From Callorhinchus milii (Eukaryota), in the NCBI RefSeq assembly GCF_018977255.1, contig NW_024704743.1, forward strand, positions 84,322,001 through 84,386,000: a stretch of 64,000 nt of DNA, in the 5' to 3' direction. The notes beneath the pieces were generated by a model. The model had not been told where the DNA came from. It was given only the letters and a program-made list of their open reading frames with translations, and ran no database searches. The translations under genes were made by a program, and so were the position numbers. Shown here in pieces: positions 36,791-49,087 of the stretch. Position 1 is the stretch's first letter. Every line of letters starts with the position of its first letter.

Positions 36791-38215
36791 GTAACAATTA
36801 AATGCTCCTCTGCATGGCTTGACAAATCCATTTGCAACCATTTCCCCTACTGCACATCTCAAGACTCAGCAGTCAAATCTGTTCAGCTCACCATAGGCAT
36901 GAGATTGTGACAGGTGAGGTGCCTCTGAGGTTGAAGTTGTTACAATTGGGAATGGGCAACTCATTCCCCACTAATATTAGTACTAGAGCAGTTCAGGTCA
37001 TTTACACTCAGTGGTACCTGGAACTCTTGTAGCTGGTCTCCCTTTAGATTAAATATAGTAGATGATGAAGGTTTAAAATGTAGGCACCATTCTGCACGTT
37101 TAGCTCCTTTTAAGTGCAGCAGTTAAATAAAATATCTCAGAATGATTTAAATTCCCCAGATGTGGCCTTTTTGAATGCAGATTATTTTAAAACCACTCTC
37201 CACATATTGTTTCACTTTTTCCCTCTAGGGAGACGACATCACAATTGTTCCATTCTTTACCGATTAGATAGCACAGCGTGTACCCACGATCAAGATGGCA
37301 TCTTACTGCCAAGGCACCTGTCTCTGTTACGTGGGTAACTATGTTACACTATCCTATTCCTACTGTACACTTGTTTTACAAGAGACCTGTTTTTGTTTGA
37401 CACAATACGGAACAACATTTGTCATTTGTTATCAGGGGTGATATATTTGGTAGCCTGCAGAGAAACATCTGCTCTGCTTTAATCTTCAGTCTACAGGCCA
37501 ATATTCATGGGCTACAGCTGCATAAAATCAAAGTACTCGATGGGCTGTCCAGCCTCACATGAATGCAGGCTGGCAATGAGCCAGGATTTTGTTATCTGAA
37601 ACTTGTACACTGATTCATGCAAAATATTTTGCCTAATCCAGCCTTTTAATAGTTTAACTTCAAACTTTTAAGAGTATAAATTTGATGTAATCTTTTGACA
37701 ACTCATTGAGATATTAATGCCAAATATTTAATAAGGGCATTAGAATGACTATCAAATCCATGGCAGCCAAGCCTGCCCTATCACCCCTAAATAATGGATG
37801 AGAACTGGATGTGACTCAATTTGTTCCATATAAAACCTACCTGACCTCTGTCGCTCATTTCATCACCACAGGACTGTCATTATTTGCTTCTATTCATCTC
37901 AGTTGACATCACTCAATAAAATCACCAAATGATAAAGAGAATAACTTTGGTCAGTGGAGGGGATGGGAGATGGAGGAAGGTGATCAGTCTGTACAGATAC
38001 AGATCAGCACAGGGCAGTTGCTGTAAATTTAGCAGAATAGATTGCTTTACAATTTTCTACAATAAATGAATACTGATCTCCTCTGAGTCATGCCATGGCC
38101 GAATACCTTTATTTATCCCAGGTTCATATGGAAACTGAACATGAAGCACTGGGAGGAAAGAGAGCTTGTTTCATAAGGAACCCACAAAGTCAGAACTGTG
38201 CTTCTAACAACTCAC

Positions 38216-38252
38216 CGACCACTATGTACAACTTACAACCGAAGAAGAACAT
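38216..38252 (-). CDS. Candidate short first coding exon (MFFFGCKLYIVV + 1 nt, phase-1 donor) of an unidentified minus-strand gene
   Basis: Minus strand: GTC ATG TTC TTC TTC GGT TGT AAG TTG TAC ATA GTG GTC G|GTGAGT; locally CpG-rich, non-repetitive, just downstream of a G-rich promoter-like tract. No downstream exon identified. Confidence 0.3.
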
Positions 38253-38289
38253 GACAATTCGTTCGAACCGACTCCCAGCTATTTTCTAC

Positions 38290-38890
38290 GTCCCCCGTTT
38301 CCCCTCTCACACCACCCCCCCCACCCACAACCCCCACCCACCCCCACCACATATTTTATATCCTTTTTTTACTGCACATTCAGAAGAGAAAATTGTAATT
38401 TTCTGGGGGTACTTTTTTTTAATGCATGATATAACAAAAAAAGTTACAAAAGGAAAATATGTATATATATATTCAGGTCAATTAACTCTTACCTTCTTTC
38501 TCTCTCCCCCCTCCACCCCCCCCCCCCCCCCCCCCCCCCACACGCACGCACACACGCACAAAAAAATTTGGGGTGGTAGGGGAGGTGGGAATTTTTGTGA
38601 TGCAAAAAGAATCCCATCCCTGGCCACTGCTGCCTGCTCTCTTCCCCCCCAACCACCCCCCACCCACCCCTGCGCCCCCATGGGTAGGTGACTGGGTAAA
38701 TGGTGCTTGAATGCCCACCCCCCTCCCCCACCACCATCCAAAGACATGAAAACTTTTTTGCCTCCTCTTTTCTCTCTCTCTCTCAATCACCCTTACCCCC
38801 CCACACCCACACCCCCCCCAACCAATCCCCACCCATCTTAGAGCACGGGGGTGGGGGCTGGGGGAGGAAACAGGGAAAAGCCTCATATTT
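38290..38890 (-). promoter_or_regulatory. G-tract-rich promoter/5' UTR-like region with a consensus splice donor
   Basis: Strong C skew on + (multiple C-runs, long C-run ~38516-38539); minus-strand AAG|GTAAGA donor at 38493/38492; possible acceptor TTTTCTCTTCTGAATGTGCAG ending at 38372. Confidence 0.35.
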
Positions 38891-39050
38891 TCCTATCCTA
38901 TCGCTGAAATTCCACTTGGGTTGAGACTTAAGTCCATTTTGTTCAAATCTTAAGCTTGGCGCAAGAATTTTATTTTATTTTTTAAACGAACGATTTTAAG
39001 TCGCCTTCAGCCGCAGCTGATTATTTGTAATTATTAGTAGTATTGTTATT

Positions 39051-39370
39051 ATGTGGAGGCCTGTAGCTCAGTGGTTAGAGCACTTGCTTTGCAAGCGAGA
39101 GACCTGAGTTCAATTCCAGGCAGGGCGAAACCTTGGGCAAGTTTCCTTACTCCACACGTCTAATAATAATCCCTCCAAAACAAAAAACAACAATAAAAAA
39201 ATTGGTCATTTTCAATCCACGACTGTTTGTGGGACACTGCAATTGGCTGCCGCGTTCACCCACAAATATACAGTCAATTCACTTTACAGTGTTTTCTGTG
39301 AAGCGCTTTGGGACGTCCTTCCGACGTGAAAAGCGCTATATCAAATGCAAGGATTATTATTATTATTATT
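39051..39370 (+). mobile_element. Young tRNA(Ala)-headed SINE, full-length short form
   Basis: A box TAGCTCAGTGG, TTTGCAA loop (TGC), B box GAGTTCAATTCC, CCTTGGGCAAGT, L2-like end AAGCGCTTTGGGACGTCCTTCCGACGTGAAAAGCGCTATATC, (TTA)n. Confidence 0.93.
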
Positions 39371-39577
39371 ACACAAACAAGATGCGCCTAGTATGCAAAT
39401 AACCCTGGTATTTGATAAGCCATGTATAATATCAAAAAAAATTCTAACACTTCACAAGTAATTTGTTTTCAAGCGCAATGACGGATTATTTGCAGGAAAA
39501 TGCAGTAGTCAATTGACATAGATTACATAAAACTTTATAGCCTAGAAATAGACCATTCAGCTCACCCATTACAGCTA

Positions 39578-41045
39578 TCCAGCTACCGGTCCATCTCTAA
39601 CCTCCCTTTTCTGTCCAAGGTCCTTGAGAGTGCTGTTGCCTCCCAGCTTCGCTCCTTTCTCTCCTCCCATTCCCTCTATGAGCCCCTCCAATCGGGTTTC
39701 CATGCTGCCCACAGTACAAAAACTGCGCTGGTCAAGTTCACAAACAACATCCTGACCATGTGCGACCAGGGCTCCCTCTGTCTCCTCATCCTCCTCGACC
39801 TCTCTGCCGCCTTTGACACTGTGGGCCATTCAATCCTCCTCCACCGCCTCTTCTCCCACCTCAACCTTCAAGGTTCTGTCCTTGACTGGTTCAGGTCCTA
39901 CCTTTCACACCGCCTCCACTTTGTCGCAGCAAACGGCTTCTCCTCCAGCCCCCGCACTGTCTCGTGTGGTGTTCCTCAGGGCTCTGACCTCGGTCTCCTC
40001 CTCTTCACCCTCTACATGCTCCCCCTTGGTGATGTCATCCGCTGACATGGGGCAAATTTCCACAAGTATGCGGATGACACCCAACTCCATCTCTCTGCCT
40101 CAACCCTGAACTCCAGGACTACTGGCGTCCTGACCAACTTCCTGTCCGACATCAAGTCCTGGATGAAGGACAATATTCTCTAACTCAACATCAGCAAGAC
40201 CGAAGCCTTCCTGATTGGCTCACACCGGCGTCTCTGCACCTCGGGCACTGACAGCATCAGCCTCCACGGCTGCACATTCAACCATACGAAGCCAGTCAGG
40301 AACCTGGGTGCCTTGTTGGACCTTGAACTGTCCTTTCTCCCCCACAACTGCGCCAAGACCGGCACTGCCTACCACCACCTCCGCAATATTGCCAGACTCC
40401 GTCACTGCCTCACCCCTCAGGCTGTCAAAACCGTCACCCATCCATTTGTCACCTCAAGGCTCGATTACGGGAACTTCCTCCTCATCGGCCTTCCCAACTC
40501 TTCCCTTCACAAGCTGCAGATCATCCAAAACTCTGCAGCTCGTGTACTCTCGTGCACTAGACTCCGCAACCCCATCACTCCCACCCTTGCCCGACTCCAC
40601 TGGCTCCCCATCCCCCAGAGGATCGAGTTCAAGATCCTCATCCTCACTTTCAAGCTCATCCATGGCCTTGACTCCTCCCACCTCTCTGACCTGCTGACTC
40701 CCTACCAACCTACCCACTCCCTCCATTCATCGGGCTCCGGTCTGTTCCATGTTTCCCACCCGACCCGCCCTACCATTGGTGGCCGGGCTTTCAGCCTCTC
40801 TGCTCCCACACTCTGGAACTCCATTCCACGGTCCCTTCGCCTCGCTTCCTCCCTTGCCTCCTTCAAGGCCGGTCTCAAGACCCTTCTCTTCGATCATGCC
40901 TTCGGTCGCCCTCCCACCTCTCTGCCTTCCTTCACCCCAACCCCACCCTCTCCCCCATGCTCAGGTCCCGACCCCTGACTGTCCAGCGCCTTGGGATATC
41001 CTCCCGACGTGAAAAGCACTCTATAAATGTAATTTGTTGTTGTTG
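39578..41045 (+). mobile_element. L2 LINE, 5'-truncated, includes disrupted reverse-transcriptase domain
   Basis: YRSISNLPFLSKVLE, QSGF, LLDLSAAFDTV, GVPQGSDLG, YADDTQL motifs with in-frame stops; ORF 40313-40978 is the C-terminus; (TTG)n tail. Confidence 0.96.
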
Positions 41046-42736
41046 TAGTCAGTGTCTGTGTTTGCACTTCACATGACCATCCTTCCTAATCCTTTCTCCG
41101 ACACCCCTATTCCCTTCTCCACCATGTTTGCTTCAAGTTTCCCTTTAAATACATTGATACTTTCTACCTGCAACTTAGTAACAATTACATTACATAGGTA
41201 ATTCAGAAAATAATGACTAAATTGAAATGGATTATAGCTCTCGGATACCATTTTAGTTGCATACTTGTACAGGATATATATGGCACCATTTAAATTGTAT
41301 AATTTTAATCATGTCAACTTATTCTTATCTATTGCCAAATGCTGAAGAGATACCTACTTGGTCTTAGGAAGGGATAACTTCCAGAACTGCACAATTTTCA
41401 CTTCCTGTATAACAACAAAGTGATGGCAGAAACGGAGGACTTGATCAGCTTTGGGGATAACCTTCTGCTAGAGGAGAAGGGAGAGGGAAGGGGAAGGGCA
41501 TGAAGTTCATCCGTAAATTTATTATTAATTTGAGGCAGATTTGGATTGCACTTTTCAGCAATGTGGCAATTGTCACAGGTGAGAATTCTCACATCATGGG
41601 TCTCATTGTCCACCATAAGAGGTGTAAGCAATTGGTTTGAGCACTAAGCAGTTTTGTGAATAGACGAACAGATGGAAATATTTGCATAAGGAACAATTAC
41701 ATTGCTTGAGATAGTAAAAGTTTGGAAAGGTACTTAGATATTTGAGTTCTGGCTATTCTGAAATTCACCTACAAATACATAGTTACTGCACAGTATAAAT
41801 TGCGTGAAGGGCTTAGAGATATTTTGAGATTGCAATAAGAAGTTCCGATCAATCACAATGATTATTATTATCATTATTAAGTCCGGTTATGATTTTAAAA
41901 CTTTCTGAACACAGGCTGAGTTGATGCTGAAATGCTTTCATTTTCTGCCATGTTACAATGTTCTTTCACCAACTACTATTTATAATGACCAGTCTAGTCA
42001 CTAAGTCATATGACATGCAGGTTACAGTAACCGTCTCCCTAGTAGTTAGGTCTTCCAGTCACAGCCAAAAATAAAAGGATGTTAGCTTTCCTGCAAAAAC
42101 AATTGTGTTCAGGCAAAATTACTTGAGTATAGTTGTGAATTGGAGTGTGGATGTCATAAACCTTTGCTTGTTTTTTTAATAAAATGTTAAGGTTTTTGAA
42201 CAGCAGTCTTCATTCAGATTTTTTATGAATCTCATAATAATTTTTTTTCTCTAAATATAGTCGTGCAGATCACTATTAGAGCTCAACACATACACTAAGA
42301 CGAGATACATGATTGAAACCTGTTTCTTACACGGGGGATATGAGCCAGGAAACAATTACTTGATAAGAATGAATAACCAAGTAACGCTGCCTGCATCATT
42401 CAGGTACTGAATTGTGTCTCCTCCTGAGTTGGGCCTTTCTTCCATAAACCACCAATTCTCATTGCTTGCTCTGCCAATGCACCATGCCAAATGCATCTAT
42501 CTGTTTGTTCTTGGTGAAGAAATCCCACCTGGGTCTAGGCATGTTCTCACAATTTCACAATGTGCAGAATTTGACAAATTCTTACAATTTTGAGATTTTG
42601 TAACTCATTTCAAGAACCACAAGAGACTGAATTCAGTTTGAAGGATTTAAGCATCTGTTAAATTCTACATTCGGTGAAATGCTAAGAAAATCAGGAAATA
42701 AAATGGAATTTTGTGAGTTTCTATAGAGTATTCTTA

Positions 42737-43061
42737 AATAATAATAATAATAATAATCCTTGCATTTGATATAGCGCTTTTCACGTCGGAAGGATGTCCC
42801 AAAGCGCTTCACAGAACACACTGTAAAGTGAATGGACTGTATATTTGTGGGCGAACGCGGCAGCCAATTGCGCACAGCAATGTCCCACAAACAGTCGTAG
42901 ATTGAAAATGACCAATTTTTATTATTGGTTTTGGTTTTGGAGGGATTATTATTAGGCGTGTGGAGTAAGGAAACTTGCCCAAGGTTTCGCCCTGCCTGGA
43001 ATTGAAATCAGGTCTCTCGCTTGCAAAGCCAGTGCTCTAACCACTGAGCTACAGGACTCCA
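42737..43061 (-). mobile_element. Young tRNA-SINE short form, flanked by (AAT)n on both sides
   Basis: Near-identical reverse complement of 39051-39370; (AAT)n at 42737-42757 and 43061-43080. Confidence 0.94.
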
Positions 43062-43080
43062 TAATAATAATAATAATAAT

Positions 43081-43198
43081 AGATTTCCACCAGTAACATA
43101 GGTGGAAAACATGGAACTCTCAGTCTGGTTTGTGGATGTTCTTAAACATAGCGATGGGTTTCCGTGTGTGTCAGACACCCAGCTGACCAAAACAAAAG
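43081..43198 (+). mobile_element. LF-SINE-like repeat 3' terminus
   Basis: Ends GTGTCAGACACCCAGCTGACCAAAACAAAA; reverse complement matches 51905-51980 and 35872-35950. Confidence 0.65.
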
Positions 43199-44329
43199 TC
43201 AATCATTTTAGGTTGCACTCCCCTTTCTGGCTGTGGAAAGACACTGTTGTAGGCGTTCAAACATTTCTGGACTGCCTGGTTGAAGCTGAAGCTTCTGTAT
43301 TGAGTCAAAAGGAGACACTGTGAATGAGGGCATTTCTGATGCTGGCAGCTTCCTGTATTCTAGATATTTGCAGTGGTCCCTGAAGCTTCCAGTTGTTGAA
43401 TATTACAGTGGTAATACTATAGCAGCAGCACTATCGACATGTTGTTTGTAGTGCGTCAGATTCAAGAGAAGTGTTGACAACAACAGCAGGTTCTAAGCTA
43501 GTCTTCATCGACCTTTCACACATGCAGTCGACCAGAACTGCGGAATGCAGGCTTCGAAATTAAGGCTAAATTTAAGAATTTTCTAAAATTCTGCATGATT
43601 TTAAATTTTAGTATGATGGATGTGAAAAATTCAATGCTTCCTACAAGATTTGATCTTTATTAAATGCATTATCAATTCGGTTGTGAAACATGGTATTTCT
43701 GTAAACATTATTGAACAATATATTTTCAGAATGCTGAGCAAGAACAGTTCTTGCTTTCAGCGAGTTACAGCTACAAACTCATCACTAACAGATCACTGCC
43801 TGGATGGCAGGATTCCTCTGAGCCCACACAGTTCCGCGCCTACATGTGCCATGACCAGAGGTGCCAGTGAATCTGTCAATGTTAAAGATTGGTCAGAGTA
43901 AGGGCTGCATTCACACTCTACACCAGCTCTCTGGATTTGTTCCCTGAAAAGAAAACACACAGATTTATGTGTTTAAATGTTGTGATGGCCTCCATTCTGG
44001 CATGACATGTAATGATAAGCTTCTATTTGAAAGGTGAACATTGCACAGCAATGTCTTTATTGACCTCACCTTTGCGTCCACCTTAATCTGTTTGAAAATC
44101 CTCCTCACCTGCATCACTGATATTTTCAGGGACTCCCTGCATTTACCCAGTGCATGGCCTGCTATCAGCCCATGGCTTCTCTGTGACCCCAATACTGGGT
44201 ACGACCAGAAAATTGATTGCAAAAAGCTGTCATGTGCAGTGCTATGAGTTACTGCACTGGGCTTCAGTCTCCTTGGACTGCCTCATCACATTCTCCTTGT
44301 TTGAACAATTTTAGTGTAAAATTGCCATT

Positions 44330-44570
44330 GCGTCTAGATTTAGATTTCTGTTAACATTTATATTAACATAGAATTTTCAGAGTGTGCAGAATTTGGCAAA
44401 TTGTTCAGTTCAATTCTAATGGTGATGCCCATTTTCTGCAGTTCTTAAAAGAAACTTACAGAAAAACGGCTTCAAATTTGAAGACTGAAATTCAGAGATT
44501 TGTCAAATTCTGGATGCACTGAAATGTTATATTAAAAGAGTAAGTCTAGTCCCGGGTGGAATTTCTCCCC
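44330..44570. mobile_element. MITE, GGGGAGAAATTCCACC-TIR family
   Basis: Internal inverted arms CAGAATTTGGCAAAT / ATTTGTCAAATTCTG; right end GGGTGGAATTTCTCCCC. Confidence 0.65.
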
Positions 44571-44877
44571 TGTAATCTATTTGTGCTGTGCCATTTTCCT
44601 TTCAAAAGGATGTATAAATATGGCAAAGCCATCCAGCAGGTGACTTTGACTTTATTGTGCTTGTTAACCTGATCCCAGGGCATCAATCTTACGATGGATT
44701 CCGATTGCGTCCAGTGCTGCCAACATTTCTAACACCTTCCAGACACTAACACTCACAACCCACAATATTCTTGCATTGTTTTAACACTAAAACATTTCAC
44801 TCACCATCGTCCCTAGACCCTTTTCAGCAGCCATGTTCCTGTAATGGAATTTCAACACCTATATCTATATAACCATA

Positions 44878-45222
44878 TAATAATCCTTGCATTTGATATA
44901 ACGGCTTATCACATCTCAAGATGTCTCAAAGCACAGTAAAGTGAATTGATTGTATATTGTGTGGGTGAAACACGACAGCCAATTATGTACTTATGTGTCC
45001 CAAAAACAGTCGTGGATTGAGTGACCAAATTATTATTATTAATAATTCTTTGAAGGAATAATTACTGTGGACAAGCAACACACCAATTGACTAACAACCG
45101 GGTTCCTACTTAATGCTAGGTGAACAGGGACGTGTGGAATAAGGAAATGCCCAACATTTCGCCCTGTCCAGGAATCAAACCCAGGTCTGTTTGCTTGCAA
45201 GTGGAGTGCTCTAACCACTAAA
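44878..45222 (-). mobile_element. tRNA-SINE long form
   Basis: Tail, body, CCGGGTTCCTACTTAATGCTAGGTGAACAGGG segment and tRNA head. Confidence 0.85.
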
Positions 45223-46834
45223 CCACCCCTGTGCTCTCTTTTGAAGTTCCAAAGTAAAATGCACAAATCCTCAAGGTCAAATTTGTGTTTTTTTACTGTA
45301 CCAGTAACACTTGATTTCCTTGTGTTGCCAACACATATCCAGCAATAGAGCATTCAACTGTGCAAGCCCCACCAGACCCAGTGTTTGTACACACCTTTGC
45401 AGTAATTGTGCTGCTGCACAAAATCTATTCATAATGTAATTTCTATGACAAACGGCACCAGTGCTGAAGTTGGGATTGTTTCTGTTCCACAAGAAGATTG
45501 AAAGGTTTTATCCTAATGTGTTTATTCCTCATCAGCAGCTGATCAAAAGCTTTCTTTTCTGAGTAAATATTCCAAAGTGGATGATCAGAATGAAGATAAC
45601 AGCAGCTATTTTTGTCTGAGTCCATTAGATTACAGTGCAAACTCAGAAGAGTCCAGCAGCATTGCCATAAGGTTAATGCTATGCTTTCACAAGAGCTTTA
45701 TTTATTGCAGAAACCTCACAGTATATATACGCAATGGCGCCAGCAATGGAAATAAATTTCACGTCACGCATTATTGCCATGAATGGTAACTGAGTAGGAA
45801 ATTTCATGAATGCTACAATATTAACTCTTCCCTTGTATTAATATGCTTTTAATCTAATGGTTTGGTGTACTGACTGTTTTATGTGTGTCCTGGTCTTTTG
45901 AAGCCTTGTGATTTGTGAACTAAAGCTGATGTGGGCAATAAACTGTGTTGCTGTACTTGCCTATCTGTTAATCAGGTTGGAGATGGCAGCTGTTCCACAT
46001 AAAGAGGATTTTAAGACTGGCTGAATGAAGGAGAGAGCAAACAAAGCAGGCGCAGTTAATTTCTACTTGAAGATACAAGATGAAAATCTACAGCAATGAT
46101 TTAAATCCCTTAATGGATTTGCTTAGCACTTATTCAATGGACATTTTATGATGTTAAATGAATCTATTGAAATATGCTTTTATGCTACTTTATTAAACTT
46201 TGAGCTGAACAAACACTGTTTAAAATGTAAATACACTCCACAGCAAATACATCTCTGCAATTCCGTTTCCCAAAAGGACATTCCTACTAACATCAGCAAG
46301 AAGTACCTCCTCAACCTTATTTGATAATCCACTGGTGGTGGGGAAAGGAGGAGAAAATTAACAATTAATAGTATATAACTTCTACAACTCATTTTAAGAC
46401 TTGTGTAATTTGTAATTATGTTGTTTCCTACTTGAGATTGTCACAGCAGGTAAAAAGAATTTCAAATTAAAGACACGCACAAAATGTCTCATAATGTTTA
46501 ATGTTGCAAAATAATTTTATTGTAAATTTAAGAAAAGACTACACCTACTGAAATGCTGAAAGTACTAATGTTTCTCTTTATGTGCGATAGTCATTCTTGC
46601 TTCATTGATGTTTATTATTGGCACAAGTGCAGCAAAGGGTATGAATAGGCACCAAGGGATTTTACTAACTGAATACTTACACAGAATTATGTTAATCCAT
46701 ATAATTTTGAATATTTCCATACGCACATTACATTTTGTTCTTTCAACACAAATTAAACCCACTACATAAATGGCTGATTAGGAAAAAAATCTATAATTGA
46801 TTTGTATCCTTTTGTACAACTTCCTGTAGATTTA

Positions 46835-47225
46835 TAATCCTTACATTTGATATGGCGCCTTATCTCATCATCAAAATGTCTCAAAACACTTCACAGGATT
46901 TACGGTCAAATGAAGTGACTGTATTGTGTAGACAAGAATGGCAACCAATTTGTGCACAAATACATCCCACAAACACCCATGAAGTGAATGATTACATTTT
47001 ATGTGGGGGATTATTCGCCAGGACACTGGGAGAAACGCCCTTCTTTTTGACTAGTGCCGTGGGATCTACAACATTTTTCTGAACAGGCAGATTAGACCTT
47101 GGATTAATTTTTCATCTGAAGGATAGTACCTCCGACAACGCAGTGCTTTCCAAATACTTCATTAGAGTGAATTTGAGCTCAAATTCCCGATGTGGGGCTT
47201 GAACCCACAACCTTCTGATTCAGAC
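46835..47225 (-). mobile_element. Deu-domain SINE
   Basis: GCCAGGACACTGGGAGAAAC...CATCTGAAGGATAGTACCTCCGACAACGCAG...GGGGCTTGAACCCACAACCTTCTGA. Confidence 0.8.
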
Positions 47226-47636
47226 ATACCTGGAACCTAACATAGGAATAATGGTGGGGGGGTGGAGGTGGAGGTGGAGGGTGACAGTATGATTATTTGG
47301 TTAATATTAAAGAGACATTTTGAGTCTTTATTATATTACAATATACTGTAAATTCTTATTTCCTGGCATTCAACATCAATAATCACAGATATAACTCTTC
47401 AGTGAGGAGTCAATGAGTGCTAGATCTACAGACCATCCTAGTCATCAGGGTCACTAAAACACCTATCTGGCAGACAAAAGACCACCTCTAAAATAAGACT
47501 GCATTTGTGGGCTCAAATGTATATGTTAGTTTAAGAAAGGGCAGGACGAAGTGGATTTGAAGGAAATTAACTTATTAAGAGGTTCAGATGTTTATTTCAA
47601 GCACTCCGGAATTCTATCCCGTGTGAAGGGCCACAA

Positions 47637-47975
47637 GACCATAAGATAATAAGACTTAGGAGCAGGAGTAGGCCATTCGGCCCCTCGAGCCTGCTCCGCC
47701 ATTTAATAAGATCATGGCTGATCTTCTAACCTAATTCCATTTACCTGCCCTATCCCCATATCCCTTAATCCCTCTTTCCTTTAAGTTCAAGGACTGAGCA
47801 GCCTTCTGGGGTAGAGAATTCCACAAATTCACTAACCTCTGAATGAAGAAATGTTTCCTCAACTCAGTTCGAAAAGACTGACCCTTAATCTTGAGACTAT
47901 GACCCCTAGTTTTAGATTCTCCAACCAGAGGAAACAGTCTCAGGGCATCTAGTCTAGTCTCACAGCATCTACCCT
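47637..47975 (-). mobile_element. CR1 (shark HER1-like) LINE 3' end
   Basis: Minus strand GATCAGCCATGATCTTATTAAATGGCGGAGCAGGCTCGAGGGGCCGAATGGCCTACTCCTGCTCC followed by short TTATG-type repeats; upstream RNISSFRG/LWNSLP-like remnants. Family name from memory. Confidence 0.8.
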
Positions 47976-49087
47976 AAGGGTGCTATATAAATGCAAGTTG
48001 TTGTTGTTATTATCAACTGAAGAGTCTTGATGAAGTGATTTGCTAGCCACCATTCCCTGCTGTTTATTATTTGCTCCATCAATGGTAGTCAGGGTGATTT
48101 CCCCCTCCCCTCACACCCTGTCCCTTCACCATTCAGTCAGGAAGCAACATTCAAACTGTATTATTTGTTTACTACACAGTTACTGTAAAGTATTTTGTTA
48201 CTGTGAAGCAATTTTTACAAGGATTTTTTTCATTGCATAGTGTTTTGTTATTGACAGTGCCTCTTACTGTGCAGTAAGTTGTTGCTGTGTAGCATTCTTG
48301 TGTTGTAGTAACAATGTCTTCCCTGCCACACACACAATTAAATGGTCTAAAATACCGAATAGACGTTTGCTACTGGCATGTGAAAAACTGACATTGGGCA
48401 CTTGGACACAAAGGACCCGAGTGCTGCATTTCCTGATAAAAATTATAGATACAAACATTATAGACCATAGATCCAGTCCAGAATCATCAGAATTCAAATC
48501 ACCCACACATTGGGATCTAAAATGCAGGAGTCACAATCTGGATTTGAAAAGAATCATAAACCTTGAATCCAGGTAATCAGATGTGCATCACAGTGGCCCA
48601 CAGGATCTCTTCTCCAATTCACTGCTCAAGTTTCCAGACACTTTTTCCAGCTCTCTGGAACTCTCCTCTGAAATCCTTCAGCATCCCCACTTACTCTCTG
48701 CTTTCAAAACCCATGTAAAATCCTATCTCTTCAATTATGGCTTCAGCCACTTCCCCATATATCACCACTTTCATCCCAGTCCCAGCTCAGGCTCTCGTTC
48801 TGGTTTTGTAAAGCACTTTCAGATGCCCCCATGTGAAAGTGCTATATAAATGAACGTTGTTGATATTGTTGTTGATTCAACTGAAAAGAGATTGTGTCTG
48901 TTTAGAGTTCCCGTGGGTTGATGTGACTCACATATGTTTACCAGCTCTGGGCTATGGCAGAACCGGTAAACGTGCATGTGTCACATAAGATTTCATCTTT
49001 ACAAATTCATTGCAAATTCAGAATGTGAATACCAAGTTTTCAACCCACATTTGTTAAGAACAAATAATGCCTCCATGTCAGTCCCAA

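Noticed and set aside
38216..38252. Naming the candidate exon (e.g. KCNK10 or DLG2 alternative N-termini that also start MFF)
   Set aside because: Only the first three residues (and, for KCNK10, roughly the length) agree with remembered sequences; no other exon of either gene seen in the window.
38095..38691. 198-aa proline-rich ORF and overlapping glycine-rich antisense ORFs
   Set aside because: Produced by C/G homopolymer tracts; no recognisable domain.
39054..39125. tRNA-Ala(TGC)-like sequence
   Set aside because: It is the head of a SINE: continues into SINE body and (TTA)n tail, acceptor stem does not close properly, many degenerate copies.
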